64,000 nucleotides of DNA, taken from the NCBI GenBank assembly GCA_030704615.1, contig CM060732.1:744001-808000 (forward strand), in the 5' to 3' direction. The notes under the pieces were generated by a model. The model worked only from the letters and a program-made list of their open reading frames with translations. It made no database searches and was not told the origin of the DNA. This document shows positions 39,889 through 52,200 of the stretch, in pieces. Source of the stretch: Takakia lepidozioides (lineage: Eukaryota > Plantae > Bryophyta). The translations under genes were made by a program, and so were the position numbers. Each line of letters starts with the position of its first letter. The first letter of the stretch is position 1.

Positions 39889-40775
39889 TCAGTCTGGGTC
39901 GAATGCGATGAACCCCCAGACAGAGGTGCGATGACTTGAGAGTAGCTGCTCGTCCCCCACCATCCCGAAAAAATGCCTGCCTGCATACTTGCATGCATGG
40001 AAGGAAGCCCCTGCAACAGTGCAAATGGATCCACGAAACAAAGTAAGAAGCACAATCTGAAGGCAAAGAAGTGCACCCAAGAAATGGAATTTGATTGGGC
40101 ACCAACCTGTTCCCATGGACAGGTTCACCACTTTCCCACCATGCCAGCTGCATATCTCAATCAAAGTCTGCATGAAAGCGAGTGACTTCTCCCGAGCACC
40201 TCTCCATGGAATGCCACCAATTTTTTTCAATGTCTGGGAGGAGTCCACATAGTTGTGGATAACATCGGATTCCACAGGGTCACATTCCGGGTCTATGTGA
40301 AGCCCCCCTTCCCAAACGTCGAAATGGCCAACATGAGCAGGAGTGGTGTCTGGCCGAATTCGAGCAAGACAAATGGCCTTGAACACATGTGTCTGCAGCA
40401 GCACCAATGTTAGAAACGTTGTTAAGGGCAATTCCACGAAACAATAACACACAAAAAAGCCCAGGTGAGTACCTTCTGCCCGGGAAACTCTACACTAGAT
40501 AGTGGCAGGGTGTTGACAAAGGTCCAAATTTTGCGGATTTTGAACCCCGAGGACTTCATGTAGCTGTGAAGCATCCGGCGGGATGCCATGTCCTCACCCT
40601 GGAAAATCAAAAGTGACCCAGCGTCAGACAGAAACTTGTTGCTGAAAGAGAAGGCCCACTGCCAATAAAGTGGATTATGAGCATTCCAAGCTAGAGTCAC
40701 ATCTGTGGGAATAATATCAGGCACTGGAAGCCCATCTGGGATGTCAAGGATGACAAGATCTGTCGCGTAGGGCTG
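39889..40775 (-). pseudogene. Beta-class N4/N6 DNA-methyltransferase-like module, copy 1 (5' part cut off by tandem array)
   Basis: Exons ~40775-40473 (DLVILDIPDG...FLSDAGSLLIF), 40392-40107 (PWRGAREKSLAFMQTLIEICS..GGKVVNLSMGTG), 40010-39889 (ASFHACKYAGRHFFGMVGD). Motif order IV...X-I-II is that of beta-class amino-MTases. Confidence 0.7.
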
Positions 40776-40783
40776 CTGCACTT

Positions 40784-42290
40784 GTGCCAAGCTCAAAACA
40801 CCTGTACTAGGAAGCACCAAACAGTGTGCGGCAACGCACATTTTTGGGCCCCCCTTCCCGGTTGTTTTTTTACTTCAAAATGGGCCACAAATGGCCCGTA
40901 TGCCATGCTCAAATTACCCCTAATTGGAAGCCCCAAACAGTGTGCTTCAAAGCACACTGTTTGAGCCCCCCTCTGTGCCTGTTTTTTGATTTCAAAATGG
41001 GCCATATTTGATGTCTAAATGTGCCACACAGGGCCAGTGTGCCAAGTTCAAAACACCCGTAGTTGGAAGCACCAAACAATGTGCGGCAATGCACACTGTT
41101 TGGGCCCCCCTTTCCGGTTGTTTTGCGACTTCAAAATGGGCCACAAATGGCCAGTATGCCATGCTCAAAATACCCCTGATTGGAAGCCCCAAACAGTGTG
41201 CTTCAAAGCACACTGTTTGAGGCCCCCTCTGTGCCTGTTTTTTTATTTTAAAATGGGCCATGTTTGATGTCTAAATGTGCCACACAGGGCCAGTGTGCCA
41301 AGTTCAAAACACCTGTAGTTGGAAGCACCAAACAGTGTGCGGCAATGCACATTTTTGGGCCCCCCTTCCCTATTGTTTTTTTACTTCAAAATGGGCCACA
41401 AATGGCCCGTATGCCATGCTCAAATTACCCCTAATTGGAAGCCCCAAACAGTGTGCTTCAAAGCACAATGTTTGAGCCCCCCTCTGTGCCTGTTTTTTGA
41501 TTTCAAAATGGGCCATGTTTGATGTCTAAATGTGCCACACAGGGCCAGTGTGCCAAGTTCAAAACACCCATAGTGGGAAACACCCAACAGTGGGTGGCAA
41601 CGCACACCGTTTGGGCCCCCCTTGTCAGTTGTTTTTTTTATTTCAAAATCGGAACCTTCAGGATTAGATGAAAGGGAAACCCAAGGATTGGTGAATCATA
41701 ACCTCCGTGTCAAAGGAAGCTCATTTCACGACGTCCTGCAAGATTTCCTATTCTACTTGTCACTCTGTGAATCTTACTATTCACGTGCTTTACTCGTTGA
41801 ACTGACTTGCCTTGTATCTGAAATTTTCTGAGTGAAGGTGGTTATGATCGCCAATGGAGCAAACGAAGTGATTGAAGCTGCAAACAAGATGTACCCACCC
41901 ACTCTCTTCATTCATATGCCCAAGGACTCTATCGAACCGCTTATCCAGCAATCATACCGTATATTGAAGGCCAATCATGCTCAAAATACCCCTAATTGGA
42001 AGCCCCAAATAGTGTGCGGCAACGCACACTGTTTTTATTTCAAAATGGGCCACAAAGGGCCAGTATGCCATGCTCAAAATACCCCTAATTGGAAGCCCTA
42101 AACAGCGTGCTTCAAAGCACACTGTTTGTGGCCCCCTCTGTGCCTGTTTTTTTAATTTCAAAATGGGCCATGTTTGATGTTTAAATGTGCCACACAGGGC
42201 CAGCGTGCCCAGTTCAAAACACCCGTAGTTGGAAGCACCAAACAGTGTGCGGCAACGCACACTGTTTGTGCCCCCCTTTCCGGTTTTTTG
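40784..42290. repeat. ~255-bp tandem array (two related subunits per unit), interrupted at ~41650-41965
   Basis: gtgccaag(t/c)tcaaaacacc recurs at 40784, 41039, 41295, 41550; the array resumes at ~41965. Confidence 0.92.
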
Positions 42291-42386
42291 TTTGTAAATC
42301 TGCCTTCTTGTTCCTCTTCTTGGTGGTTCTCGGATGGAGTTGCATAAGTTGCTCAAGCTTCTTAGATCTGGATGTCCTGTTCGCAG

Positions 42387-43361
42387 ACACGTTTGTTTGA
42401 AGCTATTTGTCTCGTCCGAGTGCATCCACCTACGACTCCAGCCGTCATTAGGGAGTTCGCCATCACTCATGGGGGCAAGTTCATAGACGAGAAGACAGAT
42501 CCTCCCACGGATGACATGCACCACAAGTACGTGGACAACAACGTCTGCTTGCATAGGGGGGATGGGGTTCCTTGGAGAGGGGCCAGGGAGAGGAGCCCGG
42601 CTTTCATTCAAACGATTGTGGAGTGCTGCACCTACACCGACGCCAGAGTTCTGGATTTGTCAATGGGCACAGGTTCGTCTCTTCAACATTCACATTTGAT
42701 CGGGTTTTTTGAGCTTGCTCTTTCAGCGCTTCTCACCGCTCCAAATGAGTCTTCAATATCTATTTCCTTCCTTCTATTCCATTGCAGGTGCTTCGTACCA
42801 CGCTTGCAAGGCCAGTGCGCGACATCTTTTTGGGATTGAAGGGGATGCCGAAATTTACAAGAACCTCCTGGTGGGTTTGGGTGGACAAACTTCTCAAGTC
42901 CTTCCAAAGCCGCTTCTCGGTGATATTGATACAGGGGAGACGTCCGACAAGGAGCTGGACTCCGACTTTGCCTGTGAGTAAGTTCAACCTGTGGATGCTT
43001 GCATTCTTGTTTCACTGGAATCACTGTTCTTAAGGCAAGGTGCACATGGGAGACATCCTCTTCGTTGGACTTGTGCATTGCATCATTGTATTCAAAATGG
43101 GTTTTTGTCGACTTGTGCAGGAGTCTGTGTGCTTTCACTGACCCTCCAGGGCTATCACAACTTCTTGGACTTCTTTCAAGTCCTCCTCAGTCTTACATGC
43201 TACCCGTCTATGTGGAGGCACTCGCAGCAAGCATGTCCGTTCATGGCACTCGCAGTCCAACCATCGACGGTCGTGGTAGAAGACGTGGTGTTGGGGCCGG
43301 AATCTTTGTGGATGACATAGCACAGGAGGTCGATTGTGATTCTGATGACTTTGACACTTGA
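42387..43361 (+). pseudogene. Beta-class DNA-methyltransferase-like module, copy 2 (C-terminal exons only)
   Basis: TRLFEAICLVR...PWRGARERSPAFIQTIVECCT...VLDLSMGTG|intron|ASYHACKASARHLFGIEGD. Last exon SYMLPVYVEALAAS...IFVDDIAQE resembles the tail of copy 3. Confidence 0.7.
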
Positions 43362-43659
43362 TATCAAGTTTTCTTTTACTTTTATTCGGGGCCAATTTTG
43401 AGATGGGATGGTGGTGTGTCTTTGTTGTCCTGTTTGCAATGTGTGCGTGGGATGCAAATTCCTGGGAACAAACTATCGTTGGAGATGGGGGTTGCATGGA
43501 CTGTCCGTATTGTTCCTTCAATCTCTTTAGTGTTTTCCGGAGCTCACAGTCTTGTGTGCATTGCAAAAACAAACAAACGTCTTTGGTTTGGGCAGTGCAT
43601 TCTTGCATCATTTGCTCGTTGGTCTCCAAACCATTCCAGCTAGAAGAATGCTTGGTAAA

Positions 43660-43850
43660 TCCACCACGTTAAAGTCCACGTGATCAAAGATTGTTCAGGC
43701 ATTCTTCTGCTGAGCATCCATGATGCTCCCGCACATACCATACATGTTGGCAAGGGTGGTAAGTAAGAAAACATTTCGCAGGGATCCGCTTGGGATGATG
43801 TGAGTGTGCACCTGCTCACGATGTAGCCACATTCCAATGCAAAGGCTTGT
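43660..43850 (-). pseudogene. PLS-class PPR gene fragment
   Basis: QVHTHIIPSGSLRNVFLLTTLANMYGMCGSIMDAQQ / MPEQSLITW. Confidence 0.65.
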
Positions 43851-44059
43851 TATGTTAATAACGTCTAAATAGATGCAATGGATAGATGGATACAATGGAT
43901 GTAACACATCCAGTCTGCATTCCCTGAAAATGGCTGATCAACTCACGGTAATAGGTGACACCCGCGGAAATAGGCCCTGTCTGCATGTTGACGTGGCGTG
44001 AGCCTGTGCTGGGCTCACGGGCTCCTGGGCTCATAGGCTCACTCCTCCGGGCTCACAGA

Positions 44060-44450
44060 GTAGCACCCCCCTCTTGCACTGGCTGCATGTGTACCCCTGG
44101 TCCGGCTGGGTCAGATTGTCAAAAAGGTCTGCAAGGACGTACTTCTGCGCGGTGCTCGTCTGAGCCTCGTGTGGTAAGTGGAAGATAGTCGCCAAGTAGG
44201 GCTCCGTAAGTAGAATCTGTGTATTGTGCACATGTATGGTGCAGGTGTTTGTGTTGTAATGTTCCAAAGACTCCTTGCACAACTCATCATGCTTGAGATT
44301 CCAATCCAGAGTGGTGATGAAGAAGGGAAGGCCAAGACTCTCCAAGATTGCCTGCGTATCCGAGTCCCTGTCACTTTTCCTTAATACTGGGCTGAGCTTA
44401 AAGCTCACCCTGGCATAAGGGCTTTGGCTCTTCCGCTTGGTGTCGGCCAT
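44060..44450 (-). pseudogene. Plant transposon accessory protein fragment (plant-mobile-domain / Athila ORF-like)
   Basis: LESLGLPFF...DELCKESLEHYN...IHVHNTQILLTEPYLATIFHLP resembles the I.LT...IA.IFxLP pattern of plant TE accessory ORFs. Confidence 0.45.
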
Positions 44451-45827
44451 TGCTCTTACTCGCGAGGTTGCAGCAAGGAATTGAACAATCAATTCCAGCA
44501 ATATCAAGAGCATACAGACGTGGTTATAAGGTAGTAACACCTAAATGTGTGCATTTAGTGAGTGTGGCTTACACAGGAGGTGCACTGAGGAGATAATGGT
44601 ACCATTGGATTAGCAATACAACAACCAGGGCCTCATATGAATTACAAACTTTTTCATGCAAGTGGCCATTTCATACGAATTATCAAAGTCTTGAATACAC
44701 ATTTGCCTATGTGTGTGCGGTAGACCCAACCAAAGCACACCCAAAATATATCTAATGCAAAGCCTGCAACTGCCTCACATGCACAAGTGCTGCATCTAAA
44801 AGCGTGCCCTCCTTAAGCCATTCATAACTTCGTGAGCACTTGCCCATGACTTGGCAACCATTCTATAGTGGTATTCAATGCATCAAAAGTCAAACCATTG
44901 ATGGTCTTAAAACTGACCACCAACGAAATCAATTCTGGCCAAAGAGATTTGCCAATGTGTGCAACGGTGGGCCTCAAAACTAACCACTCCAAATCAACTC
45001 TGACCAAAAACATTCTCAAAGCTGACTAAGCTTACATTCCAAATCCAAATCCACTTTGACAAAAGAGATTCACAAAAGACATGAACGTCCAGTATTGAAA
45101 CCAAAATCCGCCCCATAACTGCGCAGCCACTTTGTTTAAATGAACCAGCCGTCGTCCAGTATTGAAAACAAAATATGCCCCATCTGTGGTGGGATTGTTT
45201 GGTAGGTGATTAATTATGTGCAAATCGTGCTTAGTGTAATCTGCCAGCTTTAGTGATAACCATGCAATTATAAATACAGTAAGTACATGAATGAGTTGAT
45301 ACTGGGTCACCAAACTACCATATTTGTAGGCAATTATGGCCATTGGTGGTTCTTAAACAAACCAATGAAATCTGTTGATCCAGTCAAGGGCATCACCGCG
45401 CGCCAAGGAAGAAGCGGAGTGTATTTCTGCGGAAGAGCACCCTTAACCGCGGAAACAAGTTGGATGACATAATAAAAGGACGTGGTCATTCCCACCTGAA
45501 AGCAACAGATGAATACAGGATGAATGAATGTAGCTTTGGGTTGGAGGTCAACCAAGGAGGTTGCCTAGAATCGCCATGGAGTGGCGCATCTAACACGGGT
45601 GGCGCGGCCTGCCCCCGTGGGAAGAGTTGACCCCTGGAGCAAAGTACGCTCACTGGGGCACTGCGTGGCAGCACCAGGCGCCATAGCTGGGCCCGCGCAG
45701 GTACGACACGAGCGGCAGAGACGACGGAGCCTGCCTATTACCCGCTGGACCCGCGCCGGCGGCGGGCCAGCCACGCCGCGCCACGTAGCGCTGGTCGCGG
45801 GGTATCAGTCTTAACCGCTGGATAATT

Positions 45828-48800
45828 TGACGGACCCCGCCAGGGACTGATGGTCCCTGGATCGGGTATTTTAAGGGGGGTTTTCTCCCCATGCCTTTGA
45901 TTTCTTGTGCACTATTCATAGTATTCTTCTTGCATGAGAATAAGGGCTTGTTTTAGCCAAAGATAAGAAATGGCTGGAACCATTGGATAGGCCCCAGCGA
46001 GGCCATCAGTTTGATATGTATTCCGGGGTTTGTGAAAGCACGGCTCACGGGTAGATGCCATAGGCAGAGAGAGAGAGAGCCCAGAGACAGGGAGGAGAGA
46101 ATCCCTGCTGGGGTTTCACAAGGTAGAAGATGACATGTTTCAACTTCGTTCTAGGCTGGTTGTCTGCATAAATTAATCAGATTATATTCGAAGTAGGTGG
46201 AAGAGGCGCAGGGAATGGACCCTGGGACCCACTGAATGTTTAATCATTGTTTACACACCAGGGTGGCGAGCAGATGAGAAACTGCTGGGTGGCAAATTTC
46301 ATTCATCCTGGCCTGGTGATGGTTTAAGTTGCTAATGAGTTCTTGAGTGGTTTGGTGTAGGAATTTAGGGGCGCTCCCACGTGGAGAGTGGTTCCCCAAT
46401 GCTCCCGGCTTAAAAGGGCATTCCCAGGGCGTTCCCCTGGTACCTTGAGGGTAATTTAGTTAGCTCCAGCATCCTACGATGATTCTCTATTTCTACGAAT
46501 TTCATGCATTTGTAGGAATATTTTAATGATTTGTCTTTATTATTTGGCAGGGTAATTCGCCTTTATCAAGGGATTTTATCCGGACCCCCTTAACTTCGAA
46601 ACGCAAGTTTTAAGGGCGGTATCGCTCCCTTCCGCCGAGGATATTTGAAGTCGATTACCCGGCCGCTGGGGGGTCATTGAGCCAAGGAACGGCCGCTGGG
46701 GTTAGACCTCGGGAATTACCTGGAGGTTGAATTGTTACCATTCACCCGATGGACTGACCATTGAGGTTGCATTTTGGGATCGCTCTAAGCAGGAGAGACT
46801 GACTTGGGAAAGCGGATCCGGTCCCTTCCTAGGAGGTATGACACTCATCCACCTCGGGGTTTAGGGGGGGGCATTGGGCGGGAAATAGATGATCCCTGTC
46901 TCCCTGGGCTTGGGATTCGTTTTGTGAAGGGATTTGAAGGTTCGTCGCGGTTATAAGCGTGTTGGGAGTCCAGGCATGTAGGAAGTAGTAATAAACAAAG
47001 ACTTGGAAGGCAATTACGATTAAAGACGTAGAAAACCCATAAACAAAACGTAGGACTAGGAACTACGGACTAGGCTCACGTTGTGGGCCTATATCGTGTC
47101 GTTTCAAGCACCCGATCTGGCGAAGTGCGGACAGAAGATGCCATTGTGGTTTGCAGGTTAATGCGTAGACGTATCTTGGACATCACCAAAGAGTACTGTG
47201 GGTTCTGGATTTCGGCCAAAGTAGGGCCGTTGGGAGACAGGGCTCTTACCTCTCCCATCTCTTATTTTTTCAGATTCAATACGCGTTGGCCCGGATGTTG
47301 CCAACCCCCCTTCTTAGGGAACCTCAACGTGCAATCCGCGCTTGAAGGACATCTCGCCTGGCAAGTGGCGTATTTAGGGTGTTGCCCTCTATGTCAAACC
47401 ATTGCTGACGAGGGAATCGATTTTCATCGTCCCCGTCCCACTATTCGGAGGTCTGGAGAAGCTATCTCCTATCTAACCAAGAAGAGTTTTATTGACCTTC
47501 CTTTTGATTGGATGTGTTGGTTGTTTGGGTGTGGATTAGAAGACTATCTGGAGGTAGAGGAACGCCTGCCTCACCCGAACACTACCATCACCTATATCTG
47601 TCCACCCAGATTTTACAACAGCCGCAGTGACAGTGCAACAGCATTGATCATTGAATTAATCACTGACGGCCGATTGGACGTGGCGCCGAGGTGACCCTGG
47701 CGCTGAGGTCCAAGGAGAGCTGCTAACGGAAGAAATAGCATGCACTATCTTTAAAGGAATGATAGGGAGGAAACTGGTGGGGATTTCCCGTGCAAAGTAA
47801 AATGGCGGTGGCTGCTCTGGGTCCGCAATGACGCCTTGAGGAGCTGCTGAAGGAGGACCTTCAATCCAAGTAATATCATGTATGGGGGAATAGACAAGGA
47901 CTTGCCAGCAACAGAATAGGTAAAGCTGCCTCCAGCGATCGGGGAAGACCCCGCAGTTGCATTTATGCTTTCCATTTCATTTAACCATGTTCGCCAATTG
48001 GCACAATCAATGCAATGCTTGAAATCTAAAACGTCATCCACATCATGCGTTGGAGTGATAAGAATTTGCCGCATGAACTTCTAAAGTGGGTATGACTTTT
48101 GAGACTAGGATCAAGAGGATTCGAAGCAGATTCTGGCAACATGAACCAGACATTCAACTTATAATAGAAGCGTACATCGATCGCTTAGCTCAACGGAAAG
48201 CCATCAAGAAAGGGTGGATAGACGAACGGCTTTGGTGTGAACGACCCTCGTCAACAGATACACCAGAGCATATACCACTGGTGTAACGACAGGCTTAACT
48301 GGCCATATTGTTCGTGCCCGAGGATATACCTAGGGGCCTTGCACCCCCAGGTCTTCCTTCACAGCACACTTAAGGTGGCAGATAGATTTCTTCACTCATT
48401 GTCACGTATGCCAGCTCTTGGCGTCCCATTATGTGCGTAGACTGGATGAGTGTAGGTATTGCAGCATACCTCGACCACCTGAAGATTGGAAGATACCTGG
48501 AAGATTGCACACTGATGTGCCTCCATCGCCGTGGTTCCATGGAAGGTATGCAGATTTGACCTCGTTTATTCTTGACATGGTAGTTCAAGGAAATATAGGT
48601 CCTTCAGTACAGACTGAGGCAGGAGAATCCTCATCGGTACAACAGTGAGTGTATGTCTAGCTCAGGATCGAGAGATACACTCCCAAGCCTGGATAGCATA
48701 TCGCTTGATACCAGGTTACAAAGAAGACTGGCTACAGAAGCCGTCCGTGATCATTTGCTAGGGAAAAACCCAGCCTTGAGTCCAGAGTCAGACTCAGAAA

Positions 48801-49058
48801 TTAGAAATTTGGGAAAGATAGAGTGGGAAGGAGAGAACATTGAAAGTTCTTCGGACATCGAGTGTTCACGAGTGGTTTCCCCTATATCTAGTCCCCCTTA
48901 TATCCCACCAGCTAGGTCAAGGAGTCCCTCGCCGTCATCAGTGTCAATCATGGCACATATTCCAGGACCTCCTGAGGTACCCATTGTGGTTCCAGCAGGT
49001 TTACCCCCGCTCACATTGCCCAGGCATCTGCCTTGGTTCTCCGGGGAAGCACATGAAA
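45828..49058 (+). mobile_element. Gypsy-like LTR retrotransposon, 5' part (LTR-like region, degenerate upstream ORFs, start of gag)
   Basis: ORF 48653 ends LPRHLPWFSGEAHE, a typical gag N-terminal LPxFxG motif, and is cut at ~49059. A gag CCHC knuckle resumes at ~61415. LTR limits and PBS not resolved. Confidence 0.45.
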
Positions 49059-49276
49059 AGGGGGCTGCTATTTCATGAGCGGCATGAGTATGAGCGGGAA
49101 AAAAAAAAGCATGAGCGGGCCATTGTCTGTCCACGGAAATAGGGTTAGGAGGCACGGAAATAGGGTCATGTGGACTCGTCATAGCAATGAAATGCAACAT
49201 TTTATTGCAAATTTTGTGGCAGCCACGTCTATACAAGTGTGTCCTAACTGTCATAGCAGGAATGGGAACTACTCTC

Positions 49277-52200
49277 CTACACCTTCCGAGGAACTTGGCC
49301 CTCCTTCTTCCTCATCCCCCTCATCCCCCCATCCTCCGAGCTCTGTGATGCATCGGTTGTAGTATGCCTCTCAAAAATGCCGTCCTCTCCTTGGGGGACT
49401 GTCCACCTCACCTCCTGGGAATCCTCTACCTCTTCTCCCCCACTTTCCTCAGCAGAATCCAAGACAAATCTATGAGCCCGACGGGCTCTAATAGCTGATG
49501 CCTCCTCCCTCATCTTCATTTTCTTGAGGCTTGCCTCGTCTAAAATCTGCTGTACACGACTACGTTCGGAACACCTCCTAATGGACACCGAAGCAAGCTG
49601 GGCAATATAAGTAGGAAGGATGTAGTCCCTTTCTGGACTAGGCATGAAATCCCCCTGGCAAAAAAAGGCACGTTCCTCCTGCCCATGAACTCCGGTGTAG
49701 ACGTCCCTCCTGCCGTACTTGGCATCCTACAGTAAGAACAAATCCACTTCAAGAATGTCAATACCAGCAGAAGCAGAAAGGGTTTTCAATGAAATAAGAG
49801 AGCGAAGGGAGGTGCCTCACGAAATCTGGAGGCAACTTACAATGTGACCACTCACTCGTACACCGGGGGACTCCTCGGCCTCGATCCCAACTTGTTCCTC
49901 CCCCTGCTCCTTCTCGGATTTTTCCTCATCCTCTGAGGATGCCTCTTCCTCTTTTGGTAGACGTTCAGCCGCTGCAAGTTCCGAGTTGTGGAGGGCAGTA
50001 TCTGGCTCGAAGGCGAACACATGCCTGTTGGACAACGTCCCTGCCCACATTGAAGCACCTGAGGAACAAAGCGGGCGGTTAATAGCTTGCGGCATGCAAT
50101 TGCAATCGGGCCAGGGGACAAACTGAGCATGTGAAGGCTTACCCGTGCCGCATGTGAGGTCCAGAATCCGCCCTTGGACATCCAAGCACGTCTCCATGAG
50201 GGTTTGGATGAAAGCAGGGCTCCGGGTCCGGCTGTACCACCACGGTTTGCCTGTCTTTGTGTCCTTCGGCATACTGGAGTGGGGCACATAGTTGTAGAGG
50301 ACATTGTAGGTAACAGGGTCCACAGCGGCATCAACAAGACGACTGTCTTTGCGGAATTTGAACGTAGACCCTCTCTTCACAAAGCAATATGCCTCAAACA
50401 CCAATGTCTGCACATCCAACAAAAGAGGGATCAACTCCGAGATCTAGTTTAGATACACCACAATATGAGGTGAATGCAATAGATTGATAACGTACACTTT
50501 GGCCCTCTGTTCGCAACCCCTGTGTATTGATGCAGAACCATTTTCTGAGGAGGACCGGGGTGACACTTTTCGGTGTCCATCTTGCCACCGCATTCTCTAT
50601 GGTCTTCCCTCTTGTGGCAAGGACAACCACACATCCACCGTCATCCAGGAGCATCCCCGCCAGCCCAAACCCGGCTTTCCAGTAATCCTCAGTAAACCTG
50701 TTCCAGGTGGGCACACCATCTAGGCCCTCCAGCAGCTCCCCATCTAGAATGTCGAGGAGAATCATATCGCAAGCTCTCTCCACCTCAACCCCCCCCCCCG
50801 AGTGCTCTTGCAATCCGTGCTCACAGCCGTGAAGAATTCCATCATGGCTTCAAAATCAAGGGTGTCTTTAGGCTCTGTACCGGCAGCCCTCTTCTTGGCT
50901 TTCCCCTTCTGCTCCGCCAGAGACTTGTTGTGTGCCACCTTCTTTGCCCCGGCAGCGAGAGCGTCAAGGAAGCTCTCATTGACGCATTGGATGATGGTTG
51001 GAGGTTCTAGCTTTGGCCTGTGCGTAAACGTCACCGCCGAATACCGTCGTGTAGGCTCGCCCTCAAATGCCAACTTCTTGGCAGAGCCAGTCCCACTCCG
51101 AACTGACTTGGGAACCCGGACGACCAGTTACTTGGTAGCAGCAACAGCAGTCGCAGGACCTTGAACAAAGTCGTCGTCCGAGTCACTCCCTTGGGTCCCC
51201 TCCTACGCCTCCTCCGATGCCCCGATGGTTTTCTGTTTTTTGGGTGTTACTGTACTCACCTGTTTCCTTGTCCTTTTCCTTTGGCCTTTATTCTTCTCAT
51301 TCAATTTCTCCTGAATTCCTGCCTGAGCAAGCTCTGCGGCTTTCTTGGAGTTCGCAAGCGCTTTTGCCTCTTTTGCACCCAGCGGAGGCAGCGGAGCCCG
51401 GTTTCGTCGGGCCTCAGCATCCAGCTTCAATTGAAACTCGGATGGGTCGAGCGAGCCGGGCAGAAGGTCCACATACCAAGGGCAATCACGCAAATGTTCC
51501 AGATGCCACTCCTTCACAATATCGTCAGTGTACATGGAGTCAGCCCCATGGTTCCTCCATGCCAGGAAGAATGGTGGCTCGAAAGACAGATGACCTTTCT
51601 CCAAAAGGGAGAACTTGCAGTACCTGCATTCATGAAAAACACAATGAGGTCCCTGAACTGCAAATTCGGCACCATTTGTTCCATTCGGGTTTAGGGTTCG
51701 GCCTAGAAATGGAAAAATGGCGCCGAATTTCGGTTTTCGGTGACTGCCACCCTAGGGACTTAGCCATCTTGGGAGCCCGGAACTGGAAATTCGGCGCCAT
51801 TTTTCCCGGTTTGGCCCGAAAATGGCTAAGTTCCAAAACTGCCAGGGCCTAAAACTCGAAAAATGGCGCCGAATTTCGGTTTTTGTGCCAGCCACCCTAG
51901 GGACTTAGCCATTTTCGGAGCCCTGAACTGGAAATTCGGCGCCATTTTCCCTGGTCCGGCCCGAAAATGGCTAAGTCCCAGAACGGTAATAGGGCCTAGA
52001 ACTGGAAAAATGGCGCCGAATTTCCAGTTTAGGGCCAGCCACCCTAGGGACTTAGCCATTTTCGGAGCCCTGAACTGGAAATTCGGCGCCATTTTCCCAT
52101 TTCCGGCCCAAAAATGGCTAAGTCCCAGAACGGTAATAGGGCCTAGAACTGGAAAAATGGCGCCAAATTTTCAATTCAGGGCCAGGCACCCTAGGGACTT

